Notes: generated by a model from the sequence alone, not told the origin. Shown: positions 32,378 through 43,476, counted from the stretch's first letter. The stretch is DNA of 64,000 bases from an uncultured Planctomycetaceae bacterium (GCA_963833985.1 CAWIAD010000001.1:992001-1056000), one strand, 5' to 3'. A program made the numbers and translations.

Positions 32378-35300
32378 ACAGTCCAATCATCGACGGTGTC
32401 GGGCTCTGGCTGGCGAACCTGTTCGTCGTCTCCTCGGCCTGGCTTCTCCTGGCACTCGCCGCGGGTACGATTATTCGCCAGCCGGCGCGGCGGATGACGG
32501 TGGCGTGGACCACGGTCCTTGGACTGACCCTGCTGGCAATGCTCGAGGCGGTTCCGAACCGGCCCCGGCTCATCTGGCGGACCGGCGCGCTCCCGGTCGC
32601 CGCGCGTGACGTCGCAAAGCCGCCGGCGATTCCGGCCCAGGTCGCTCACCTCCCCGGTGCTTTGCTCGATCAAAATGATTCGCTGACGATGCCGCCCGTC
32701 GCGGTATCGGCCAGCACCCCGCTGCCCGCGATCCCGCGGGGAACTGCTCGAGGGGCTCCTGTCGCGGGGCCAGCGGGCATGCTGGCCGTGCGGGGTTCCA
32801 ACGCGCCCGGAGCGGCGGACAGGGACCCGTCCTGGACGGTTTGCGCGCTCGCCGTCTACGGTGCGGGAACCCTGTTCAGCTTCGCCTGGCTGCTCGTTGG
32901 CGCAATCCAGGCCAGTCGAGTCTGCCGACGGAGTCGCCGGGCGCCCGAGTCACTGGATCGGCTGCTGCGGGAGTGCCTTCCCGAGGGGATCCGCGCACCG
33001 CACTTGCGGCTCAGCGGAGACATCGCCCAGCCGGCGGCACTCGGCGTCCTGCGGCCGATGATCCTGCTGCCGGAGCACTTCGCCGCGGCCGAGCCGCAGG
33101 AGCGTGTGCGGGCGGCGCTGGCTCATGAGCTGGCGCATCTGCGGAATGGTGATCTGGCGCTGCTGGCTCTGTGCCGGCTCCTGCTGCCGTTTTATCTCGG
33201 TCAACCGTTGTTCTGGCTGCTGCGCAGGCGGATCAGGCTGGACCAGGAACTGCTGGCCGACGCCGCGGCCGGTAAGCTTGATCGAACCGCCTACGCTGCA
33301 ACCTTGCTCGAATGGGCCAGGACCATGACCGTCCGCTCCGCGGGCCTCCACGCGGCCGCTCTGGGCCTCTGGGAACGGCCTTCCCAGTTGCGCCGGCGCA
33401 TCGCGTTCTTGCTGGAAGCCGCCCACGCCATCGAGCCGTGCTCTCCACGCCGCTGGCGCCTGGCCGCGTGGAGCGTGGGAGTTGTCCTGGTGCTGGGGCT
33501 CTCACTGGCTTCGATCCGGCCCATGGCCGGACAGCCGGCGCCAGTGTCCCCGGGCAGCGCACCGGCCGCGGCCAGCAGTGACTCCGTCGTGTTTCAGGGC
33601 CGCATCCTGGACCCCGACGGCAAGCCGTTCGCCGGCGCCCGGCTCTACCTCGACTTCTTCGTCTGGAGAGAATACCTGAAGCAGATCCCTCCGCGGCTCA
33701 GAGCCACTACCGGGACGGATGGACGGTTCCACTTCACCGTGGAGAAGTCGTACTTTGCGCGCCCTCCGGTCATCGAGCCCTGGCGGTGGGCGCACGTGGT
33801 GGCGATGGCCGATGGCTTTGGCATTGGCGTCTCCGACTCGAACGAGGCCGACTACGACCGCGACCTGACGATCCTCCTGCCGCGTGATGACACAACGATC
33901 GCGGGCCGGTTGCTCGACCTCCAGGGCCGGCCCGTTGCCGGCGTGGTCGTCCAGGCAGTCGAGGTGAGCGCCCCGGCGAGCGGCAGCCTCACTCCGTTCC
34001 TGAACGCGGCGCAACACTCGAAGGTCCGGATCTACGAGCTGAAAAACCAGTACGCCTCGAAAGTGGTCCGGTTCTTCCCGTACTGGCAGCCGATCGCTGC
34101 GGTGACGTCCGGGCAGGACGGCCGGTTCGTGATCAAAGGCATCGGCCGCGAGCGGCTGGTCGAGCTGGAGATCCGTGGCCCGACGGTCCGATGGACCAAC
34201 ATCAAGGTGATGACACGTTCCGGACCCCCCGCGGACATCGTCGACCTCTACCGCAAAAAAGACCCCTGGGTCGAGCGGCATTACGGAGCAAGCTTTGATC
34301 TGAGCCTGGCGCCCAGCCGGCCCTACGAGGGCGTTGTACGCGACCGCGATTCCGGAGCCCCTATCGCCGGCGTGAGGATCGAAAGCTACAAGCTCGCGGA
34401 CTCAGAGGTTTACAATTACACCGAAATCAAGACGCAGAGCGATCGCGAGGGACGCTTCCGGCTCACGGGCATGCCGGTGGGCGCGGGTAACGAGATCGTG
34501 CTGAACTCGCCCGAGGACCAGCCGTACCTGCTCGCTCAGTACAAAATGCCCGATCCCGGCGGTCTTGCGGCCGTGCACGTCGACATGACGATGAAACGCG
34601 GCGTGTGGTTCAAGGGCCGGGTATTCGACAAGAACTCAGGGAAAGCCCTCGAGGCCTCCGTTCGCTACTCGGCGGCCGCGTCCAACCCGCACCTCGGGGA
34701 GTTGCACGGGCTCGCGGACGTGCAGTTCAATGGCAACGACCGCGGCTGTTTCAGCACCAGGGAAGACGGTACCTATCAGGTGCCCGTGCTGCCGGGGCAA
34801 GGGTTGATCACGGTCAGGACGGGAAGCCGCGAGGAAGATTACATGGCCGAGGAGAACGCGGCATCGAAGCCGATCGAGGCGAACTACAAGCCCTACCCGT
34901 ACGGTCTGGGCTCGGCCTGGGCCGAGATCAAAGTGGACGACTCACCGGCCAGCCAGGCACACGACTTCGGGCTACGCCCGGTCGAGCACCGCACGATCAC
35001 CGGCGAGATCTTCGATCCGGAGGGCCATCCGCTCATCGGGGCCCGTTACAGCGGCATGTATGATATCCAGTACTGGTACCCCATCGAGCGGGGAAATCGC
35101 TTCGTCGTGGCCGACCTGACGCGCCCCAGACCGCGCACGCTCACCCGGTTGTTCCAGATTCGGGATCTCGATGCGCTCGGCTCGTTCTTCGTGCCGGAAG
35201 TCACTCGGCCCGTGATGATCATTCACAAGGACCGGCACCTGGCAGGCCACACCGAGGTCGGCTGGCACACGGCCGGGCCTGTGCAGGTGCGGCTGGTTCC

Positions 35301-35613
35301 CTGGGGCGCGGTGTTGGGCCGCGTAGTGGACGGCGACGGTCAGCCGCGGCCGAACTTCGGCATCCAGCCCAAGATCTTGCTCAAAGACCGCATCCGGAAC
35401 GATCGCATTGACCATGTGGAATCACGCGTCTTCACGGACGCGCAGGGGCGATTGCGGATCGAGGGAATGATTCCGGGCCTGGAGTACCGCCTCGTCTTCG
35501 AGAACGAGTCGGGGTCCGAGAGTGCTCAAGGTGTGGATATCTCTGCGCTGAAGCCCGGCGAGATGCGCGATCTTGGTTCCATCCGGGCCGACATCCCGGG
35601 CGAGCGGAATTGA
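32374..35613 (+). CDS. BlaR1-like M56 metallopeptidase with carboxypeptidase-regulatory-like extracytoplasmic repeats (copy 1)
   Basis: TM segments, HELAH, QELLAD, LRRRI; repeated GR.LD..G.P..G...T..DGRF domains; ATGA overlap with blaI. Confidence 0.9.
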   Translation: MNSPIIDGVGLWLANLFVVSSAWLLLALAAGTIIRQPARRMTVAWTTVLGLTLLAMLEAVPNRPRLIWRTGALPVAARDVAKPPAIPAQVAHLPGALLDQNDSLTMPPVAVSASTPLPAIPRGTARGAPVAGPAGMLAVRGSNAPGAADRDPSWTVCALAVYGAGTLFSFAWLLVGAIQASRVCRRSRRAPESLDRLLRECLPEGIRAPHLRLSGDIAQPAALGVLRPMILLPEHFAAAEPQERVRAALAHELAHLRNGDLALLALCRLLLPFYLGQPLFWLLRRRIRLDQELLADAAAGKLDRTAYAATLLEWARTMTVRSAGLHAAALGLWERPSQLRRRIAFLLEAAHAIEPCSPRRWRLAAWSVGVVLVLGLSLASIRPMAGQPAPVSPGSAPAAASSDSVVFQGRILDPDGKPFAGARLYLDFFVWREYLKQIPPRLRATTGTDGRFHFTVEKSYFARPPVIEPWRWAHVVAMADGFGIGVSDSNEADYDRDLTILLPRDDTTIAGRLLDLQGRPVAGVVVQAVEVSAPASGSLTPFLNAAQHSKVRIYELKNQYASKVVRFFPYWQPIAAVTSGQDGRFVIKGIGRERLVELEIRGPTVRWTNIKVMTRSGPPADIVDLYRKKDPWVERHYGASFDLSLAPSRPYEGVVRDRDSGAPIAGVRIESYKLADSEVYNYTEIKTQSDREGRFRLTGMPVGAGNEIVLNSPEDQPYLLAQYKMPDPGGLAAVHVDMTMKRGVWFKGRVFDKNSGKALEASVRYSAAASNPHLGELHGLADVQFNGNDRGCFSTREDGTYQVPVLPGQGLITVRTGSREEDYMAEENAASKPIEANYKPYPYGLGSAWAEIKVDDSPASQAHDFGLRPVEHRTITGEIFDPEGHPLIGARYSGMYDIQYWYPIERGNRFVVADLTRPRPRTLTRLFQIRDLDALGSFFVPEVTRPVMIIHKDRHLAGHTEVGWHTAGPVQVRLVPWGAVLGRVVDGDGQPRPNFGIQPKILLKDRIRNDRIDHVESRVFTDAQGRLRIEGMIPGLEYRLVFENESGSESAQGVDISALKPGEMRDLGSIRADIPGERN

Positions 35614-35669
35614 GCGCACAAGATAAGAGCGGGGGCGGATCGTTTTCCATCGTGTCAAGGAGCTGCGGC

Positions 35670-38600
35670 GTGAGCCAGGCAATTGACGGGCTGGGATCGT
35701 GGCTGGCGGACCTGTACTTCTTCTCAACGGTCTTGCTGGTGCTGGCGGGTGCTCTGATCTTGTTGCTAGAACAGCCGGCGCGCAGGATGGCCGTCGCTCG
35801 CGCCACCCTCGCCGGGCTGTGCGTGATCGCGGTGCTTTCCGCCCTGCCGGCGTGGCCGCGGCTGGCGAAGCCGGGACCGCGAGCCTCGGCAACGGACCTT
35901 CCCACAAGCATGGCACCGCGCGAGGAGAGCATTCCCGGGTCCTCCGCGGCGATTCCCATGGATCGCAACCCGGCCATGCCGCACGTAGCCCGTTTTGGTC
36001 TCGCGGCCCAGCATGGGCAATCGCCCGCAGCCGCGCCAGCGGTCGAGCCGCGGGGCCGCCTGGAGGTGCGATCGCTTCCCACGCTCGGCACTCTGGCGGT
36101 CTGCGGGTTTCTCTTCGGGTGCTGGGCCACCGTGGCCTGGCTGGTGCTGGGCGCGGTCCGGGTGGGGCGGCTGCGCGCTGCGGCCCTGACAGCACCGGCA
36201 CGGCTCGAGGACCTGCTGGCTCGGCTCGCTGCAACTCAACAGAGCGTGCCCCCACTCCGTCTCAGCAATCGCATCAGCCTGCCGGCAGCCATCGGTGTGT
36301 TCCATCCCTGGATCGTGATTCCCGAGCGGTTCGCCGACACCGAGCCCGACGCACGGCTGGCGGCGGCGCTGGGGCATGAATGGGGGCATATCCAAAATGG
36401 CGACCTGCTCTGGCTGGCGATCGGCCGGCTGCTCTTGCCCCTGTTTTTCGCGCATCCGATCTACTGGTGGTTGCGGCAGCGGATCCGGCTCGACCAGGAA
36501 GTTCTGGCTGATGCCTCGGCCACGGAATGGAACGACCGTACGGCGTACGCGGAGATCCTGCTGGATTGGGCGCGTCAGACCGCGCTGTCGCCGACAGACC
36601 GGTTCGTCTCGGCTCTCGCGCTCTGGCAGCATCCCTCGCAGCTCCGGCGGCGGATCGCCGTGCTGCTGGACCCCGGGCTGCGTATTGAGCGCGGCTGTCC
36701 GCGAGGCTGGAAGCTGGGGACGTGGAGCGTCGCCATCGTCAGCGCCGTGCTGATGTCGCTTGCCACGCTTCATCCCGCGCCGGGACGGGCTGAACCCGAG
36801 CCGCCTGCCAGCAGCGGGCCGCAGCTGCAGCCGGCTTCCGCAGCCGACCAGGTGGTGTTCCAGGGGCGCGTGGTCGATCCGGAAGGGAAGCCCTACACCG
36901 GTGCGAAAGTCTATCTCGGTTATTACTGGGAGACGCAGGATGAGAAACCGGCTGTCCTCCGCGCCACCAGCGAACTCGACGGCCGTTTCAAGTTTGCCGT
37001 CGAAAAATCGTTGTTTCAACACATCCAGAGTCGCGACCTCGAACCCTGGAACGAGGCTCGATTGCTTGCCGTCGCGCCGGGGTTTGGCCTGGCACTCTCC
37101 GACTCCCAGGAGCCGGATGCCAGCCACCACGCGACCCTGAAGCTGGCGCATGACGATGTGCCGATCACGGGCCGACTGCTTGACCTCGAAGGCCAGCCGG
37201 TCGCAGAAGCACTTGTCCGCGTCCGTACGATCCATGCGTCTCCCTCGGGAGCTCTGAACGCGTGGATCGCCGGAGCCAGGGAAGGAAAGAAGGTGAGCTA
37301 CGAACTCGATCAGATCCATCTACCGGTCGAGGTCTACATGGGTCCGAACCCCTGTCCGGTTCCTGAGACCCGGACCGACGAACAAGGCCGGTTTCGACTC
37401 GAAGGCATCGGCCGAGACCGGCTCGCGGAGCTCACCATCCGGGGAGACCGGGTACTGCAAATGTCGGTCAAGGTCCTGACGCGAGCGGGCGAAGCGATGC
37501 GTGTTCGCCACGAGGTGAACCGGCCGAACCCCACCTTCGAGACCTACCATTCGGCGCAGTTCGAAATGAGCGTCGCGCCCGGACGGGTGATCGAAGGTAC
37601 GGTGCGGGCCGAGGATGATGGTCAGCCCCTCGCGCACGCAACCGTGACTGTCGTGCACCGGCGAGTGTGCGCGAGTCGCGATACGCTCTTTGTGCGAGGT
37701 AAGACGGATGAGACCGGGCATTTTCGGCTGGTCGGCATGCCCATCGAAGCCGGTACCATGATCTCCGTTTTTCCCCAGGAGCAGCCCTATTTCGGAAGGA
37801 CCGTGAAAACCGAGGCCGGCGCTCGCGGTGCGGTCCTGAGACTGGACTTTCGCCTGACGCGGGGAATCGTGGTCGCGGGCAAGGTGACCGACAAGGTCAC
37901 CGGCAAGCCAGTCTTCGGCGGCGTTCGCTACGCCGCTGCCGCCGACAACCCGCATATCGACGAGGTCAACGGTTTTCGCGCGCTCACTGATGACGAGCCC
38001 TACGCAATCGCACGCGAGATCGCCGCCGACGGCTCGTTCCGGCTGCCCGTGTTGCCCGGTCGAGGCGTCGTGATGGTCCACGACATTGGACCGGGGTATC
38101 CCGGCCTCAACCATAACGAACTGCAAGCGTTCCGGTCGATACCGTACCTGCCGGCGTACGGTCCGGTCCAGGCGTACCAGACGGTCACCGTGAGCCCAGG
38201 CTCGCCGCCTATTCACCTCGATTTCACTGTTGACCCGGGAAAGACACTCTCCGGAACTGTCCTCGACCCCGATGGCCAGCCTGTCATGGGCATTGAAGTC
38301 TTCGGAACGCTGGTCGGGGTAGGCTGGACCCAGCTCGAAAAGACGGCAAACTTCACCGTCCACGGCCTCCGCCCCGCGTCCGGCAGATCGGTCTCGAAGC
38401 TGATCGAAAACCGTAGTCCCGAGGGGATCGCGGCGTTCATCCAGCCCGAGCCTCCCCGTACGCTCGTCTTCCATCTTCAGGCCAGACACCTCGCGGCCGC
38501 GGTCGCGGTTCGCTCGAGCGATCCCGAACCGCTCCGCGTGCGGCTTCGGCCCGAAGCCACGGTCACGGGCCGCCTCGTAGACGCGGATGGCCAACCTCCA

Positions 38601-38828
38601 TCCGACAAGATGTTCCAGGTCTATTACCTGGGATTCGATTTGCTGGATGATTATATATTTTTGCCCAGATTCGTTCGAAACGCCGATCAGGACGGCCGGT
38701 TCAAGATCGAGGGCCTGGCCCCTGGCCTTCGGCTGCGGCTCTGGCCCGGAGACGCCGTCGATCGATCTCGGACCTTCTCACCGCTGAGGCCCGGTGAATC
38801 GCGTGATCTGGGTGACATCAAGTTCTAG
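35670..38828 (+). CDS. BlaR1-like M56 metallopeptidase with carboxypeptidase-regulatory-like repeats (copy 2)
   Basis: GTG 35670 after AAGGAG; HEWGH, QEVLAD, LRRRI; colinear paralog of copy 1. Confidence 0.9.
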   Translation: MSQAIDGLGSWLADLYFFSTVLLVLAGALILLLEQPARRMAVARATLAGLCVIAVLSALPAWPRLAKPGPRASATDLPTSMAPREESIPGSSAAIPMDRNPAMPHVARFGLAAQHGQSPAAAPAVEPRGRLEVRSLPTLGTLAVCGFLFGCWATVAWLVLGAVRVGRLRAAALTAPARLEDLLARLAATQQSVPPLRLSNRISLPAAIGVFHPWIVIPERFADTEPDARLAAALGHEWGHIQNGDLLWLAIGRLLLPLFFAHPIYWWLRQRIRLDQEVLADASATEWNDRTAYAEILLDWARQTALSPTDRFVSALALWQHPSQLRRRIAVLLDPGLRIERGCPRGWKLGTWSVAIVSAVLMSLATLHPAPGRAEPEPPASSGPQLQPASAADQVVFQGRVVDPEGKPYTGAKVYLGYYWETQDEKPAVLRATSELDGRFKFAVEKSLFQHIQSRDLEPWNEARLLAVAPGFGLALSDSQEPDASHHATLKLAHDDVPITGRLLDLEGQPVAEALVRVRTIHASPSGALNAWIAGAREGKKVSYELDQIHLPVEVYMGPNPCPVPETRTDEQGRFRLEGIGRDRLAELTIRGDRVLQMSVKVLTRAGEAMRVRHEVNRPNPTFETYHSAQFEMSVAPGRVIEGTVRAEDDGQPLAHATVTVVHRRVCASRDTLFVRGKTDETGHFRLVGMPIEAGTMISVFPQEQPYFGRTVKTEAGARGAVLRLDFRLTRGIVVAGKVTDKVTGKPVFGGVRYAAAADNPHIDEVNGFRALTDDEPYAIAREIAADGSFRLPVLPGRGVVMVHDIGPGYPGLNHNELQAFRSIPYLPAYGPVQAYQTVTVSPGSPPIHLDFTVDPGKTLSGTVLDPDGQPVMGIEVFGTLVGVGWTQLEKTANFTVHGLRPASGRSVSKLIENRSPEGIAAFIQPEPPRTLVFHLQARHLAAAVAVRSSDPEPLRVRLRPEATVTGRLVDADGQPPSDKMFQVYYLGFDLLDDYIFLPRFVRNADQDGRFKIEGLAPGLRLRLWPGDAVDRSRTFSPLRPGESRDLGDIKF

Positions 38829-38850
38829 GGCTCCGAAGAGGCCGATCGTC

Positions 38851-40250
38851 ATGAATTCCTCGATGCAGCTCGCCCCAGGCGGCGACCCCTGGTCGTGCTA
38901 CCAGCCTGATGCATCGTGTCCCTGGAACCTGCGCCGGGTCGTGCATCTGCACCGCCGCGCCGCATTGGGCGCAAACTGGCCGCAGATCAAGAGCGACCTC
39001 GCCGACGGGCCGGAAACGAGCATCGACCGGCTGCTCGAAGGGAAACTCAAGCCCGCAGGTGCCCCGTCGCCGGAAGAGTTTGAGCGCACCTCGACACTGC
39101 TGGCCGACTCGGCCATCGCAGCCCGCGATCCGGGACGGCTCAAGGCGTGGTGGTTCTACCGCATGCTGTTCTCGCCCGACCCGCTCGGCGAGCGCCTGAC
39201 CTTGATGTGGCACAACCACTTCGCGACCGGCAATCTGAAGGTGCAGGACGTGGCGCTCATGCAACGCCAGAACGCGACCTTCCGACGGCTGGCGCGCGCC
39301 CCTTTTGGTGAACTGCTGACCGCCGCCCTCCACGACCCGGCGCTGCTGATCTACCTGGACGCACCGGCCAACCGCATGGGGCATCCCAATGAGAACCTGG
39401 CGCGGGAGATGATGGAACTCTTCACGATGAGCCTGGGCCACTATTCCGAGACCGACGTCCAGGAGGTCGCGCGGCGCTCACCGGCTGGACGGTCACCGAT
39501 GGGGCTTTCCAGGAGGTGTCCGCACGGCACGACGCCGAATCCAAGACGATCCTCGGCAAGACGGGCCGCTGGAACGGGTCGGACGTCGCTCGCATCATCC
39601 TCGAGCAACCCGCGACGGCGTACCGCGTGGCGTGGCGAATCTGCGACACGCTGATGGGTGAAGGGGCCATCGAGCCGGCTGCGATCCGATCGCTGGGCGA
39701 CTGGCTGCGCGATCATGGCCTGGATGTCGGCGGTTGTGTCTCAATAGTCCTTCGCTCGCGCGCCTTTTTCGCCGAGGCGAACATGAACTCACGCGTGAGC
39801 GAGTCGGTCGAGTTCGTCGTTTCACCCGTACACGCGCTCGAACTGCTCGACCCGCCGCCAAGCACGCTGGTGCTGGCCGACTGGTGTACCCGGCTGGGCC
39901 AGGACCTGTTCGACCCGCCCAACGTTGGAGGCTGGCCGGGCGGACGGAGCTGGCTGTCGGCCCGGTCGCTGATTAGCCGGGCCAGCTACGCCTCTGCGCT
40001 GACGTCAGGCGAAGGAATCGGCCGCGAGCGGCCCGTCGAGCCGGGTGCGCTGGCGCGGCGGTATGGGCACGGATCTCATCGTCGAGAGTACCTGATGTTC
40101 TTGACGCAGCTCTTGCTCGGGCTGGAGCCTTCCGACACCTGGCTCGAGCGACTGGAACAGACGCTCGGAGTCTCGGCGGCCTGGACCGAGGATCTGGCGC
40201 GGCGGGCCGTCGCGCAGATACTCGCGGCGCCCGAGGGTCAGCTTGGCTGA
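38851..40250 (+). CDS. DUF1800 family protein, 1-nt frameshift near 39473
   Basis: HLHRRA, ERLTLMWHNHFAT, DPALLIYLD, NENLAREMMELFT; restoring one G gives ARALTGW; PPNVGGWPGG. Confidence 0.9.
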
Positions 40251-40305
40251 ATGAGTTTTCTCACATCATTGTACCCGTGGCCTGTTTGCCGACAGGAGAG
40301 GAACC

Positions 40306-41541
40306 ATGCCGACTCGCCGCACGTTGTTGCAAGCCGGTCTGAAAAGCTCGGCGCTGCTGGCTTTCAGCCCGGCGGTGCCGGAGTTCCTGGCGCGGACGGC
40401 CCGCGCCGCAGGTCCCGAGCGCGATGGGCGGGTCCTCGTCATCATCCAGCTCGACGGCGGCAATGACGCGATCAACACGCTGGTTCCTTTCACGGACCCT
40501 GGTTACGGGCGCGCCCGCAAGGTGCTCCGGCTCGACAGGCGACGGCTGATCCGGATCAATGACGAGGTCGGGCTTCATCCGGCCATGCGAGACCTGGGCA
40601 CGCTGCTGGAACGTGGGCAGCTCGCGCTTGTCCCGGGCGTCTCCTATCCCAACCCGAACCGTTCACACTTCGAGAGCATGGCCGTCTGGCAGACCGCTCG
40701 GCTTGATGCCGAACCCAACACCGGACCGGGCTGGATCGGCCGCGCCCTGGATGCTGTGGCAAATCCACCCATTGACGCACCCGCGGGTGCTCCTTCGCTC
40801 TACGTGGGCGATGGCGTGCCTCCCGTGGCCCTTCGCGGCCGGCGTGCGGCGTGCGCGTCGCTGGCACACGCAGAGGATCTGCGCTTGCCGGATGGATTCG
40901 CGCCCTCCCTCGTCAGGACACCTTTGACCATCAAGGCCGAGCCGGAAGGAAGCCTGAACGCCTTCGTTCGCCGTAGCGTGCTCGATGCGTACGTGGCGGC
41001 CGAGCGCGTTTCAGAGCTCGTCGCTCCGACGGCGAATGTCTCGATCGACAGCTATCCCGATGAAATGCTGGGAGAGCGGCTGCGGACCATCGCGCAACTG
41101 CTCAAGGCGGGCCTGGGTGCGCGCGTCTTCTACACCATGCAGCCAGGCTACGACACGCACGCCGGGCAGCTGGAAACGCACGACCGGCTGCTGCGAATCT
41201 TATCCTCGGCGCTGAAGGCTTTCTTCGACGACCTCACCGCCGCGAAGCTGGCTGACCGCGTGCTGGTGCTTGGCTTCAGCGAGTTCGGACGCCGTGTCGC
41301 CGAGAACAGCTCGGCGGGGACCGATCACGGCACGGCCGGCCTGGTCTTGCTGGCGGGGCAGGGGGTGCGCCCGGGAGTCCATGGGAAGGTCCCCAGCCTT
41401 CTCGACCTGCCGGACGGCGACCCGCGCTGGTCTGTGGACTTCCGCCAGGTTTACGCCACGGTGCTGGAACAATGGCTTGGCATGCCCGCGAAGTCTGCAC
41501 TCGGCGGAGACTTCGAGAGGTTGCCCTTGCTTCGCGTCTGA
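40306..41541 (+). CDS. DUF1501 family Tat-exported protein
   Basis: TRRTLL signal; QLDGGNDAINT, YPNPNRSHF, GYDTHAGQ, FSEFGRR, GTDHG, DFRQVY. Confidence 0.93.
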   Translation: MPTRRTLLQAGLKSSALLAFSPAVPEFLARTARAAGPERDGRVLVIIQLDGGNDAINTLVPFTDPGYGRARKVLRLDRRRLIRINDEVGLHPAMRDLGTLLERGQLALVPGVSYPNPNRSHFESMAVWQTARLDAEPNTGPGWIGRALDAVANPPIDAPAGAPSLYVGDGVPPVALRGRRAACASLAHAEDLRLPDGFAPSLVRTPLTIKAEPEGSLNAFVRRSVLDAYVAAERVSELVAPTANVSIDSYPDEMLGERLRTIAQLLKAGLGARVFYTMQPGYDTHAGQLETHDRLLRILSSALKAFFDDLTAAKLADRVLVLGFSEFGRRVAENSSAGTDHGTAGLVLLAGQGVRPGVHGKVPSLLDLPDGDPRWSVDFRQVYATVLEQWLGMPAKSALGGDFERLPLLRV

Positions 41542-41549
41542 GCAACCCG

Positions 41550-42326
41550 TCAGGCCCCGGCACCGCCCTCAGCGGGCGACAGGAACGACGCGTGCTCGGG
41601 TGTGGCCAGACCCTGGCGCAGGACGTCCAGCACCCTGGCCATGTCTCCTCCGAGCAGAGCCCTCGTATCCAGCCAAAGACCCGGGAAGACCTGGCTGCAA
41701 CAGCGGCCGCCTTCGCCCGCCACGAGCCGGACGAAGGCACCGTCACGTTGTACAAACCAGTCGATCTCGGCGTCGAGCACGCGCCAGACGATGTACTCGC
41801 GCACTCCACTCCGCCGGTACACTTGCAGCTTGGCGTTCAGGTCGATGCTGACGCTGCTACTGGCGATCTCCACCACTAGCTCTGGAGCGCCTTCCACGTA
41901 ATCGTCCGCGGTGATGCGCGCCTGACCGCCGCGCTGCGGGTCGATCATCAGCAGCGCATCGGGCTGGGGCTCATTGTCGAGGTCGAGACGGGTGCTCGCG
42001 TTGTCGGCCGCCATGACTCCGGGTGTGCTCGCCTCGTACGTCAGAAGCCAGCCGCTGATCTGAATGTGAGGACGTCCGTGCTGGCGCAATCGTACCGGCG
42101 AAGGCATGTAAACCACTCCCTCGATGAGCTCGGCCTTCTTCACGTCGGTCATCGCCTCGTAGCGGCGCTCGAATTCCATGCGGGTGAGCCAATCTCCGTT
42201 TTCGAGCGGCGGAATCTGGGCACCAAGAGGTTGCTCACCCGGTGGCATTGGCTTCACGACTGTCGCCACGGTAGGTCTCCGGTTCGTCACAGTCACCCGG
42301 CAATCAGGTATTATCTGCTCTGGCAA
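41550..42326 (-). CDS. Uma2 (DUF820) family endonuclease; true start possibly 42248
   Basis: LENGDWLTR.EFERRY, KAELIEGVVYM, EPQPDA, APELVVEI, GVREY.VW, FPGLWLD. Confidence 0.92.
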   Translation of the reverse strand: MPEQIIPDCRVTVTNRRPTVATVVKPMPPGEQPLGAQIPPLENGDWLTRMEFERRYEAMTDVKKAELIEGVVYMPSPVRLRQHGRPHIQISGWLLTYEASTPGVMAADNASTRLDLDNEPQPDALLMIDPQRGGQARITADDYVEGAPELVVEIASSSVSIDLNAKLQVYRRSGVREYIVWRVLDAEIDWFVQRDGAFVRLVAGEGGRCCSQVFPGLWLDTRALLGGDMARVLDVLRQGLATPEHASFLSPAEGGAGA

Positions 42327-43476
42327 GGACCTCTTGAATCGTCACGAGGCGTGTCTCGTCCACGGCCTTGCGGACCAGAAGACCCGTGAGCGTGGCGTTG
42401 CGGGCCTCGGCGAGGGTGAGAGGAGGGGCTAACGGCTTCTCAGCCCGAACGGACGCAAGGAAATCCGCAAGCGCCAGGCGAGTGTCGTTCTGGGCTCCCG
42501 GGTGAATCGTCTCGCGAGGCCGTGCGCGGTCGCGGAACGTGAGCGAACCCGCACCGAAATCAAGCCCGCCCTCCTCGCCCAGGACTGCGCAGGCTCGACC
42601 CGGTGAAGCCGTCGTCCGCGGGGGCAACCCAGCTCTGCACGAGCGAGGCCCGGAAGCCGTCGGCCCACTGTAGCTCGGCGGCGTAGTGGTCGGTCACGTC
42701 GCGGCCGGGGTCCTGGCGGGCGAAAAGTCCGGCCGGCCCCAGCCCGAAGCCGTTTCCGGCAGGCCGCCATGCAGCCAGTGCAACACGTCCCAGATGTGTA
42801 CCGCCTGCTCGACCATGAAATCTCCCGAGCGTTCGCGACGAGCCAGCCAGCCCCCGTGACCCGAGAGCGGGCCATTGCTGCTGGTCCAGGAGGCGCGGGC
42901 CTCGATGAGCGGGCCGATCTCACCGTTCCGGAGCCGTTCCACGCCCTCGCGGAACCGCAGATTGGACCGGCGCTGATAGCCGACGTGCACCGCCAGCCCG
43001 GGATGCCGAGCGGCTTCCGCGATGAGACGATCGCAGCCGGTCAACGAGAGGGCAAGCGGTTTCTCTAGGTACAGGTGCCTGTCGCTCCGGATCGCCGCGC
43101 AGCCCACGGATTCGTGCAGATCGCAGGGGACGGCCGCGATGACTGCATCGACATCGCGCCGGTCGAGCAGCCGTTGCGGGTCTTCCACCGCCTCGGGTCG
43201 CTGGCCCTGCGCCTTTTCCACGATTCCTTGCCCGCGGAGCCGGTGCTTGGGCTCGGGGTCGCACACCGCGACCACACGCACGGCGGGCAGTTCGAGCAGG
43301 GTCCGCAACAGGGATGTACCACGGTTGCCGATGCCGACCAGTCCCAGCCGCACAGGGACGGGAGCACCCGCGGCCGCATCGGCGTCCGCCATGGCACCCT
43401 GCGAGAGTGCCAGGCTCGCCGCGGCCGATGCCGAGCACCCAAGAAACCGGCGGCGATTGAGGGCAATGGGAGGCAT
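42304..43476 (-). CDS. Tat-signal Gfo/Idh/MocA oxidoreductase, interrupted by compensating indels near 42726 and 42586
   Basis: NRRRFLG; GLVGIGNRG, YLEKPL, GYQRR, EQAVH..D; the middle segment DPGRDVTDHY...QSW lies in an alternate frame and rejoins VLGEEGGLD. Confidence 0.85.

Noticed and set aside
41550..42326. Uma2 nuclease (or the S1/P1 nuclease) as part of a defence island
   Set aside because: Stand-alone genes common in planctomycetes, with no neighbouring defence components
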